Origin: Daphnia carinata
Lineage: Eukaryota
Assembly (NCBI RefSeq): GCF_022539665.2
Contig: NC_081332.1
Location: 3,658,001-3,722,000 of the forward strand
Direction: 5' to 3'
DNA: 64,000 bases
Below are positions 31,001 through 42,688 of the stretch, one piece after another. Below the pieces are notes generated by a model. It was not told where the DNA came from. It did not search any database and worked only from the letters and a program-made list of their open reading frames with translations. Each line of letters starts with the position of its first letter. The stretch's first letter is position 1. The position numbers and the translations under genes are program-made.

Positions 31001-34000
31001 AAAAAAAAAAAAAAAAAAAAAAAAGAGGTTTGGAACGATGCCGAACCGAAACCAAACCGGACATTAATTGATGTTTTTTTTTTTTTTTTCTCTCCCGACC
31101 GACATTCCTTCTTTTTTTCTCTCTCTCTCTCTCTCTTGGAAGTTTATCTCAAGAAAGTTGTTCTACAACTTGAAGAACACCCCACCCCCTCCCTTCCCTT
31201 TAAAACAGCGAAAAGAAATTGAACTTTTTCTTTTTTTTTTCTACCTGCTAACTTTTGCAGATCTAGTTCTTTTGGTTCCTTATTCGTTATCATACCTGTT
31301 ACAGAAGAAAAATATACAAATACTGACCAATCAGCCCATCGACTTTTCATCGCCTGATTTAAATTATTCTGCGGGTGGCACTAATAACAATACATCCAAC
31401 AAAGAAGACGTCCCCGATTACCGGTCAGAGTTGACATGGTTTTCTTTTTCCATGGACCAGAAAAATCGAACACTCCCCCCCCCCCCCGTCCCCCCACGCA
31501 TTCGACTAGTTTTTACTTCTTTTCTTCCTACTTTTTTTTTTTTTTAAAGTGAAATAATACACCTGAAATAAGACCACCACCGCAGAGGAAAAAAAGAGCT
31601 CCGATGAGACCGCACCTGTTTAGGGTTGGCTAATCCACCACTAACAAATACACACGCGGCGTAAGAAGAGGGGGGAGAGCTTTTTTTTTGTGTGTATCTT
31701 AACACACGCACAAAAAAAAAAAAACCTTGAATGGACAATGAGATTTCATCAAGAAGAACGAAAAAAAAAAAAGGAAGTCTTAAAAATTGAGAAAAAATCT
31801 TGCAGAAACACTTGACTCACTTTGAAAATATTTTGTAAGAAGACGAGTCACACGAGATATCGTGACACTGTCCGACACAACACTAATGCCACACAATTTC
31901 CTGTTCTTTTTTTGTTTGTTTCACCAATCGAATTTTGGCTAAACTTGGACGAAAGGGGCCATCAGGCCACCCAAACTGGAAAAAGTAAGTCGCAAATATG
32001 CAAATGTATGTCTCCTTTTTTTGTGTGTGTGAAAAAAAACAAAAAAAAAATTCAATTTCGAAACCCTCCCTTTGAAAAAAAAAAAATAAAATAAAATACA
32101 CACACAACAATGGCCGCCAAAGCAAACTCGAGTCGGTTTTCAGGGTTTTCACAAACTAAAGTCGCTTCTTTAGTTTAAAGTTGCACCATTAATTTGTCTA
32201 TTCTTCTCCACTGCAAATGCCACCGAAAGGTTTCGCTTGTTGTAACTTTCTCGATATCGAAAACACCACACCTTTTGCTACGCAATGAGAGAAAAAAGAC
32301 ACAACACACACACACACACACACAAAGATCAGGTGGAGAACACACCTGATGGTGGATGGAACGCTATTGCTGAGGGCCAGGAAGAAGAGAGGACGCGAAC
32401 ACACGGCTCAGAGTGAAGCTGCCAAATATTTCACTGGGTATTTCTCATTTGCTTTTCGGTTTGAAAATGGAGAAAAGAAAAAAAAAAACCTCCCCTCCCC
32501 AAGTCCAGACGTAGACGAATGAAGGTGAAAAGCGGGCCAGAGCTGATAAAAAGCAAAGCTAAAGAGTAGGGAAAAGAATGCCAACCACACGGCCCGTCCA
32601 CAAACACACACAAGGTGATTTCCCTTCCTACGAAAAAAAAAAAGAAGTCTATACCTGCCGGGAGCAGGTAGGGGAGGGATTAAAATTATCCCCCCCCCCC
32701 AAAAAAAAGGGCAGGTAGATATGATGCCAACACCATCTGGCGGTCGATTTAATAACCCCTCATTACAACAGCATCTATACCCCCAATTTATTTTTTTTTT
32801 TTTAATGACATTAAGCCAACGACGACTTAATAGCAAATGTGAAGGTCCATTTAACTAAAAGCCACGAGGGAAACGAGGGGGAATTTTTCCTGATCTCCCA
32901 TGTGTCATCGCAGAAAGCACAAAATGAGCCATTTTTCACTTAGGGTCGAGCTATTGGAATGGGGAATGCTTGTTCGCAGGAACTCGGAATAGTAACACGA
33001 CGCCCCGACTGCTTCCCCTCATTCTCTACATCTCCATTTACTAAAAGTGCGCTCTGCTACACACACAATACAGGAGAGACAAGAAATGTATAACGGCGTG
33101 TTAAACGACAGGGAAACCCATTTCCACTCTCTCTCTCTCTCTCTTGTTGTTTTGTTTTTACGTGTCTCCCTCTCACTGTCAAAGAGAAAAAAAAAAAAAC
33201 AAAAGCAGAAAATGTGTATGTGTGTGTAGAGAACATCTAGAAATGTTTTCCGAACCCCCCCTGTGTCTTTCAACGTGGAAAAAGATGGGCCACTCGATCC
33301 GCTGGCTCCATTCCTTTTGGAACATTGCAGGAGGGCAGCAAAAAAAAAAAGACGAACCGAGACCCAGCAGGCCAGACACACAGGACCTCTTATCCAATAA
33401 TAACATACAAAGAAAAACAGGCGAGACTGAAAAGCAACAACAACAAAAAAAAAAAAAAAATAAAAAATAAAATGGCGTCGAGGCTGGACCGAGGCCAAAC
33501 ATTTCACAAAAGGCAAAAACAAAAAAAAAACAAAAAACATTGTACGATAGTCAAGTGAGTCACGAACAGGTCACGACCGTCGTGAGATCGTGGGGAGCTT
33601 CTTCTAAATCTCATCATTTTTTTTTTTTTTTCTTTCGTGTTATGGCCTTGGGTTCTAAACATGGCGTTAAAATCCGTGACGACATTCATTATCACGCGTT
33701 CGCCATGGAGCAGAAACGACCGGCGTTCATCATCGTCTTATTTCCGGTGAAAATAGGAAGGAGAACTACTTTCACGTATGAGTGATAGCTTTGAATAGTA
33801 ATAAAACAAAAAAGCTTGATACGATCCCCTCCTCTCTTTGAATATTAAATTCGTGTTTTGGCTTTGTGCATTTTCATTTGATTTATATCAGAGAGGATTC
33901 ACTCTGATTTGCGTAACTCGATCAACTTTGGAGGGTTTTGTTTTGTTTACTATTCAAAGTTTTCTCTCCTCCTATTTCCACTTTGTTCTACGTCTCATAT

Positions 34001-35737
34001 ACGAATTCGAAATATCGCATCAATTCTGTTCGTATTTTCTTTTCTTTCCTTCCCCCCCCTTAAAAAAAAAAAAGGGCGAAGAAAATAACATAAAATCTTA
34101 GCATTTTTTTTTGGGCTTCATCTTCTAGGAGAATAGAAAAAGAAAAAAAAAAAACGAATGTACTTACGTGGATTCTTCCTGAGTGATGGCGTGTTCCACT
34201 TGAACGGCAGTGACGTGCAAACGTTCTGCACCGGCGGCGGATTTGTTAGCAGACGACGGTGCGGCATTGGATGAAACGGGCAATCGGGACGTCGTTACCA
34301 GCAATTCACTCTGGTCACGATCTCCCGCCTCTTTATCGTCGCCATCATCTCCATCATCGTCGGCATCGGCACCGACCGCTTCCGGTTGGTGGTGGTTCCT
34401 TCGCGAAACACCACCACTCGATGAGTCTGGCGTCAAGACGATGGCGTCAACTCTGACTTGAGTCACGTGATCGCCGTTGATGTGAACATTTCCTCCTCCT
34501 CCTCCTGCTGCTGGTGGTGCAGCTGCGTCCGTGCCACTCGCATCTCGGCCAGCGGCGCCCATCCAGCCGCTGGGCGAACCGAAAGGCGAAATGACCGACA
34601 CAGAGGCCGGCGGCGAAAGGGCGCCGGCAAAGGCCGGCGGTGGCGACGTCACCGACAGCCGGACACCGCCGTCCCTTTTCGGGACGGTGGGCGTCGATGG
34701 CGGTGGTGTTCTGCTGTTACTCCGATGTCCTTGGCTGATGACCTCGTCCTCCTCATCATCGTCATCTTTATCACCGTCATCCATCTTCGTCCCGGCTACT
34801 GCTGCCCGGTTAGATGGCGTCGCTGATCCACCGTCGTGACTCAACTGTCAAACGGAATAACACAAAAAAAAAATGGCGGAGTAAGACACACACACACGCG
34901 AAAGAAAAAAAAAAAACAAGTGACAGACACCGGGCTTCATCCATCAAAACAAAACGAAAACTCTTGAAATCTTTCAAAAAATGCAAACGTCACGAATCAA
35001 AAGAAATCAACGAAAATGGAAATCGTTTTCTTTCTTACTCCTGAAAAATTCCTTTAAAAAAAAAAAAAAATAAAAATAAAGAGACTTGGCAGATGTGTGA
35101 CTGGAACATATGGCAAGACACGGCGGCCGTCACGAAAAAAAAAAAAAAAAAGACACAATTTTCGAGTTTTTAACTATCGGATATTATTCCGGTTTAAGAT
35201 GCGCCCCCCCCCCCCGTTTACACCCTACGAATAAACCGGGCCGTGTTCCAGATCACGTGATGTAGTTCTAATAGAAGAGAGCGCGCCCTATATAACACAA
35301 ACCGCGTACGACAATAAATAAACTCCTTTTTTTTTTTTTCTTAAACAGACAGAAGCTAAAGATAAAAACGAAAATACAACGAAGAACGAGGATTACAAGA
35401 CCGTGAATCTCCGTCATTTCTAAATAGAAAAAAAAAAAGAAGAAAACACCAAAAAAAATATGTGGGACTCCCATTTTTGGAGGAGACGGCAAACAACAGA
35501 ATCTGCGTGTTGGATGTATTAGACATAAAAAAAAAAAAAAAAAAAAAAAAAAGAAAAGAGAGGCAAGTCTGGAAATAACTCATGCCCATAGTTCTCTCTT
35601 TTTTACCCATCAGCCCAATGTCTATATTTTCCCAGCTCTCCAACTTTATATTATTCTGCTGGCCCAAAAGAAGTTTTGAGCATCGAACAGACGACTGGAC
35701 AAGTCGGTTGCTTCTTCTATCTAGTCGAGACGAACTG

Positions 35738-35773
<36 letters not shown>

Positions 35774-38700
35774 CGGTTACATGAATTATTGATTGGCAGA
35801 CAAGAAAATTCTGCCTTCTTTTCTTTCTTCGTTGCTTCAAACAAGACGACCGATCGATAACGCCCTCTCTTTGCTTCTCATTCGCCCTCGCTTCACTAGT
35901 CGCTGAGTGGACCAGAGAAGATGAAAAAAAAAAACCATTTCTGGGAGAGGCGCACAAAATTGGGCAATGCGGGAATACGTTGATTACGATCTCGGTATGC
36001 ACGTTTGAAACGTGCACAATCATCGAAATTCAAATTTCTTTTATTTTTTTGTTTCCCATCGCAAAACAAATTCCCTCACACCCCGCCCCAAAAAAAAGGG
36101 ATTTCGTGTTTGTCGTTTGATCTGATTTGACACGGTTCGATTTTAAAAGGGTTACCCTCAAATCATTTGTGTGTGACCAGAATAAACGAGAATATGTTAA
36201 TAAAATTAAAAAAAAAAAACAAGCCAAAAAAAAAATAGGGTGGCCAAAAAAAAAAAAAAAAAATAAAATAAAATAAACAAACGGTTAATACCTGTTGAGA
36301 GAGTTTGGTCATGTCGACCGGTTTAATCTTCTTCAACGCCGACAACCTTTCAAGCCGCTCACGGGCTTGTTTTTCCACAGCGATAACAAAGGCGTCTTGC
36401 ACGTTACTATTGGCCGCCAAATCTTGGGCTAAAAATGTTCAAATAAATTCATTATTTAGAATTTCAATTAAACATCATTTAAAAATAAAAAAAAAAAAAA
36501 AAAAAAGAACACACAGAAATAAAATAAAATATCAAGCGGGATCGAATAAGGAAATAGAAATCTACTGGAAGAATCCACAGAGGCCGATATGGAATTCGAA
36601 GACGACGAATAACTTGAGAGGGGTGGCGGAGGTAAAAGTAAAACCCTTCGTCTAATCGGCGGAGTGTCAACATCTCCAATGCCGCGATTGCGCCAATAGC
36701 CGGGCGTGTCGGGCTGGTCGTCTTTGGCCGCGTGTTCCAAAACTTTTTCCAGCGAATCGTCCGATACGGAAGAAGCGGGTGCCTCTTCTTCGATCGACGT
36801 TAAAGGGAAACCGGCAGACGAACACGCGGCCACTTTGGAATTGGGGCACATTTGCGAACCACTTCGAACACATCCAGCGCGGCCATCTCGCCGGCTACGT
36901 TTATTCCTCGATCCCAGAGGCTTCCGGCCAGCGCAGGATAAGCACAATCTGAGCGAATCCATGCCGAAGCACCGACTAAAAAAAATAATATTTTCTTTTT
37001 CTTTTTTTTTCTCTCTCTCTCTCTGGAACTACTACCATGTCCACCTTGTTCTTCTTTTACGGATCAGTGCGCCGTTTCTAAATTAAGACGCCTTTACATT
37101 CGCCCTTTGCAAGCGCTCTTTCCCTCCCTCTCCCCCCCCCCCCATCTCATCCGCAACGCGTGTTCGACATTCAACGAAAATAGAAGTGGCTAGAAATTCC
37201 GGTGGCCAGATGGCGCTCAAAACATTCCGCTCAGAAATTTCAAGCAAAAGTAAACCGAAAAATGTCCCCGAAAAAATAATTTTAACAAACGACGAATACA
37301 AAAAAAAAAAAAAAAAAAAAAATTAACTTCCGTTCAAAAATCAACGTGTTTCGAATACCATCGCCGTTACAATGAAAGAACTCACCTAATTTGTTGCCGC
37401 TCTTCCGCTTCACTCGCAGGCAGATCGTCCTCGACCGGATGCACTAAATCATGAATAAATAAAAACATTTGTTTACAATTTTTTGGCGGGCTGATTTAAA
37501 AAAAAAAGAAAAGAAAATCAATAGCAATTAACTTAATCCCCTTAAAAAAAAAAAAATAAATAAAAACTTTTGACCGTCTCTTAAATAGTTTGGCCACTTT
37601 CTCGAGAGTAGGCCCTCACCCATTACAAACTTTGGACTTCCACGTCAACAAAAATTTAAAAAAAAAAAAAAGAGTTTGAAAAAATAAATAAATAAATAAA
37701 TAAAAATGTTATGAAAGACCTGGTGGATGTGAGAGATGACTTCAGTGTGAGTTGCGCCATCCAACGACTTGCCATTGACCTCAAGGATCTCATCGCCAAT
37801 CTCCAGATCCGCCTTGTCTGCGGGGGATCCTATACGAAAAGGAAGCCAAAGTTAGAAATCGAACACACATAAAAAAAAAAAAAAGGGAGGGATAGACCCA
37901 TGATTTATTGGCAAGTTTCGAGCGTTCCCTTTGACCCATTATTTCGTCCACCATCATTTGAACGGCAGCAAAAAATAAATAAATAAATAAGAGCCGTGGG
38001 TTTTAGGGTTCGTCCATTAACACATCGACACAATTCCTTAACGAAAAGTCACGTACGGGATGCGTTCCCTAGAAGACAAGAAAATATCCCCTCCGTATAA
38101 TTCATTCCCCCCCCCTCCCCGCGCTTTCATTGCCTCGTTCGTGACTCGCAATCGAACAAAACGTCATGTGCTACAAAAAAACGTACACGATCCAATCGAA
38201 TGGCGAGTTTTTAGTCAGCAAACGTCGATCGATGTTTGTCTATCCCAAACTATTCGATCTAATGATCCATCAAGTTTTTTTCGGTATTTTCTAAAGAGGG
38301 CAACCCTAGTTCAAATACCCCCCCCCCTCTCTCTCTCTCTCTCTTTCTCTGCCATTTAGCGGTTTATCAAACTAAAAAAAAAAAAAAAAAAAAAAGAGGA
38401 AGAAGAAAATAACCTTTTTCTTTATGCATTCAAACTGCGTAATCGTAAAGGTTCTACAAACGTCGTCTTCGTCGTCGTTCGTCTTAAGAGATGATGGGAA
38501 GATACGTTGACTTCCAGCCCGCCTTCTCACTTTCTCTCTTTCTCCTTTTTCATCCGCCTCCTCGCCAAACCTTCTCTCTCCCTCACCCACCCCCTTTCTC
38601 CTCCACCCAAGCCTTTCGGGGGATCCCAATCAATACTTGGCCTCCGCGCCACGCAGCATCCTTGCTTCTCGATGGCGCAGCTCCCACACATACCGCACGC

Positions 38701-40496
38701 AAAAGACACGTTATTCGGACAAGGGTAAGGGTGTGTGTCTGTGTCTGTGTCTACATTGTCGAACGTCGAAAACACATTTTTTTTTTTTTTTTAGACTTTA
38801 TGGGATTCGATTTTCTTTTTTTTTTTTAATGAAACACTTTGGATGTGTTTTTTTATAAGGGTGGAATTATTTTTTTAAAACTGGGGTTTGCACGAAATAT
38901 CAATGGCCAGCAGAGGTCAAGTGAGAACGAACGAGGACGCATTTTTTTTTTTTTTTTTTTACCTGATGGAAGCCAACGGGAGGGAAACACTCGGGTCGAA
39001 CTGTGATTGTTTTTTAAACGTTTCGTACTCCCTGTATTTATTTCTTGTTGCCCGCTATAACTGAAGACTATTTAAAAAAAAAACATAAAAATGTTCTATT
39101 CAAATCATTTTGAAATTTGAAATCTTTAGGAAAAAATAAAAAAAAAAGAAATGAAGAAAGAAAACTTTTGCAAACTGAAATCTAAAATGGAAAACCCACA
39201 TCATCAGCCAAGTTTGACGTTCCCCGTGACACACATACCTCTTCCTCCTCGTTGGCTTGACCCAGCCCATATTCCCCCCTCTTTTTTTTTTCGTGCGCAA
39301 ACGAACGACAATAAACAAGCGGGTCGAGATCGTACGTTATACAAGATAAGGATAAGAAAAAAAAAAAAAGGAGGTGGGAGTAAATAGTGGGCGTCGGGTA
39401 AATCCTTGATGTGTATACGTGGAAAATGGAGGAGAGAGTCGGCGATAAACACAACCAGCACATCGCTACGCGAGCACACACAAACACACAGCAGAAAACG
39501 AATAAACGCAAAGGGCAAAATGAAAAACGAAATTAGAAAACGAGGGTCATAAAAAAAAAAAAAAAAAAAGACTTGGAAATTTATGAATAGACTTGAAAAG
39601 AGAAAAAAAAAAAAAATTGGTGGTTAGCCATCAGACACACACACACAAAATGTGAATGTAACAAGTACCGTAAAGTTTAATCTTTTGGTCTCTCGTCTCG
39701 ACCAAAATGATGACGTAACCGCCTAGATCGACCATGTCGCCGAGCGCTCGAGAAAAACAAAAGATCGACGACTGATGATGGTCGTAATTGAGAAACACTC
39801 GTCCCACTAATTATCCGCCGGCCACAGATTGCGACGGATGGATGGATCGTTACAAACACGCATTTCTTTTTTCTCTTTTTGGCCACTGCCGGCCAAAAAA
39901 AACGCAGCTAGTCGTTTCGTAACGTACACATCACTAAGTGAAAAAGAGAAAAAATCCTGTAGGCCAAAGTTTCACGATTCCATCACTTCTTCTTCAAACA
40001 ACATCCATTTTGGTTGCAGATGCGCGCAAGTAGATTCGAGAAATCAAGTTTGCCCCCCCCCCCTCGCCCTTCTCCGCACTTGTAATAATTCACTTGGAAA
40101 AATAAAATAATAAACTTGGAAAACGTTTAGGAAAAAGTTTAGAAAAAAAAAAGAAGCTTCTTGGTATACGATCGTGATCGATATATAGGTAAATATAAAA
40201 ATAAAAAAAACGAAAATCCAAAAAAAAAAAAGGGGGGGAAGGGGGGAAACGGAAGGACACTGGCAGGAATGGGGTGGAAGAACGTCGTCGATCCACGTCC
40301 TGTTTTCCTGCGTACGCGCCTCACTGTGCGGCTGAGCGGCAACGATCTTGCGGAATATAGGAGGCAAAAGACACGGGATGGCAGGAAAGGTCTCCATGGC
40401 GACTCTCTACAGCATCTCGGGCGCTCTCTTCCGCGCAGGATCTTTTCCTCTTTTTATTTTTTTTTCGTTCCTTCCTCCTCCTCCCCCCTTTTTTTA

Positions 40497-40530
<34 letters not shown>

Positions 40531-41044
40531 TTTTTTCTCTCTCTTTCATAGATATCTTTTTCCTCTTCTCTACCATTCGCTGGGCTTATAGTCGTTTCTG
40601 ATGTACTGGTACGACATCCATGAAAAGAGATAGAGCACTAGCCGGGATCACCTAGTACACACAGAAGGAGAGAGCGAGAGAGAGAGAGCGAGATATCCGG
40701 CGTGAAATACCTACACCAAGTTTCGTGCGCGTCTCTTTTAACTACTAAAGACATCCATCGATCCACGACTGCCAAAAAAGGACGTTGCCGCACAGTTTGC
40801 CCCCGGCTAAAGTAGCGCCAATTACCCGCACAAAGCAACAACAAAAAAAAAAAACAAAAAAAAAAAAAATTGATACAAGAAAATGAAGAATTTTTGAATA
40901 CCGTGATCATTTCATCGTGAAAAGAGACGGAGAAATTAGTGCGAGCATGTCATTATGCAATTTGATTGCCCGCTATGAAAGAAAATAAAATAAAAGCTAA
41001 TTAGCTTCTTTATCCTTGATTCTATTAAAAGTGGTAAACAGAAC

Positions 41045-41079
<35 letters not shown>

Positions 41080-42688
41080 GGAACATTCTCAACCGCAAAC
41101 CCCTTCCCCCTTCCGGCCCTCCTAACTGATTTCATTTTCCGGATGAATACCGGAACTGATCCGACCGTGTACAGTGTACAGCGCTGGTCAATTAACAGGC
41201 CAGCAAGAGAGCGAGAGAGAGAGAGACGTACGAAAGATCGATTGCAATCGACCGACTGTTGGATAGAAACCAGAGCTCCTGCTGATACACACACACACAC
41301 ACACACACTTCATTTCTTAGTATCCAACACGACCAAAAAGCGGAAGAGGGAAAAGAAAAAAAAAAAATCTTACACTGCATATGTGGTATAAAAAAAAATA
41401 AAATCAATAGACATGACGGACGGGTATAAATAAAGGTGTGGCTGCGTGAAGATCCCATCCCTTCCCTCCTCAAGGGTCTACTTTTCTTTCGTTCCCCCTC
41501 TTTGGTTTTCCTTTTTTTTTTTTGCTCATATCTTTATGTCTAACGTTCGGCAAACACTCCCGATGTAGAAGCATATCGAATGTGCTTTATCTTTTTCTAC
41601 CATGGCAACCCAACCGGTGCGACATCTTTCCACCTGCGAAAATCATTGACGCTTGGAAATGGAGAAAAGAGAAACGTTTGCGTCCAACGAACTTGATAAT
41701 CAGCTGACATTTAAACGGGAAAAAGAAAAAATGGCGGAAGTCCTTACGGGAGGGGGGGGGGGGAGAGACGATAGGTAGCAGTGATGCTAATCCACTTAGT
41801 TCGAAAAGGTAGACGGAATCCCATGAAGGCGGGTAAGGATAAATGGGTATAACACACACACACACACACGCGCGCGCAAAAGGGGGGCACAGTTTGAAAT
41901 CCAATTTAAAAAAAAAAAAAAAATTAGAATTTGGTACCTGGTGCAATTTCATCGATACGAGGCGGGAAACCTTCCTCTAACCCGCCCACGACGGAGAAGC
42001 CGAAACGACGGTCGTTATGACCCAGCGTCACTTGGACGATATCGGGATCGTCAACGTCGTTGTCATGTCCGTTCTAAGTTTAAAAGAAATAAGAACATGT
42101 TGAAAAAAAAAAAAAAAAAAAAAAAAAATTATCTTTAAAAAAAGGAAAATACCAAAGGCGATTGGCGTGGCGTTTGAAGTGGATGAAGAACGAAATCGGT
42201 GGATTGGCCCAGCGAGCGTGAATGGCCGTGAGTGGGGGTCACGCCGGCAGGGAGCGCTAGTTTGGCGCCGCTTTTCACATTGTTCGTTTGACTTCTGTAT
42301 TTGGAGTCGTCTTCAATCAGCGACTTTGAATGGGCGTGGTGGTGCGAAGCGCCACCGCCGGAAGACGAAGAAGAAGAAGAAGATGATGACGACGACGAAG
42401 AAGAAGAAGAAGAGCTACTAGACGAAGATCCGGGTAGCGACGGGTGACGTGGAAATGTTTGGAAACTCGACAAACTCCTCGGATTCCAGCCGTCGTCGCT
42501 CTTTTGTTTTGTTTTCGTTTTTTTATTGTTTCCGTTTTGTTATTGTTGAAAGTGAAACATAAGAGAAAGAGAAAGAGAAAGAGAAAAAAATAAAAAAAAA
42601 AACTGCGTGAGTAAGAGTATAAAAAAAAATAGACACGTACCATGGCGTTCCAGGCGAGCGGCTGCTGTTGCTGCTGATGAAGCATCAT
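24663..42688 (-). CDS. sdt: Stardust / PALS1 / MPP5 MAGUK scaffold, long isoform about 1425 aa. Exons 42688-42641, 42500-42153, 42073-41938, 37829-37720, 37443-37386, 36428-36292, 34844-34168, 28926-28775, 28640-28246, 28154-28032, 27726-27438, 27347-27124, 26688-26383, 26312-25855, 25764-25622, 25527-25366, 25269-24956, 24860-24663
   Basis: ECR1 Par-6-binding motif [10 protein letters not shown], an ECR2-like [19 protein letters not shown], two L27 domains, PDZ ([27 protein letters not shown]), SH3 ([21 protein letters not shown]...WWQA), HOOK and GUK ([13 protein letters not shown]...HTSR...[12 protein letters not shown]). All 17 introns are GT-AG and phases close over 4278 nt. The core (24663-28926) is certain; linkage of the upstream exons is inferred from phase. 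Confidence 0.9.
35744..35771. repeat. (TG)n microsatellite in an sdt intron
   Basis: Read directly from the sequence. Confidence 0.85.
36566..36962 (-). CDS. sdt: Putative alternative first coding exon of Stardust ([25 protein letters not shown]...)
   Basis: GC-rich open frame within AT-rich intron, with an acceptor ttttag about 13 nt before the ATG. A phase-1 donor (TCC A|gtagat, 36566) is compatible with the phase-1 acceptor at 36428. The donor is weak, so the 3' boundary is uncertain. Confidence 0.5.

Noticed and set aside
29000..34100. Many Phe/Lys-rich ORFs and possible extra sdt exons (near 29305 and 31295)
   Set aside because: The ORFs derive from homopolymers, and the candidate exons gave no phase-compatible, Met-initiated frame.
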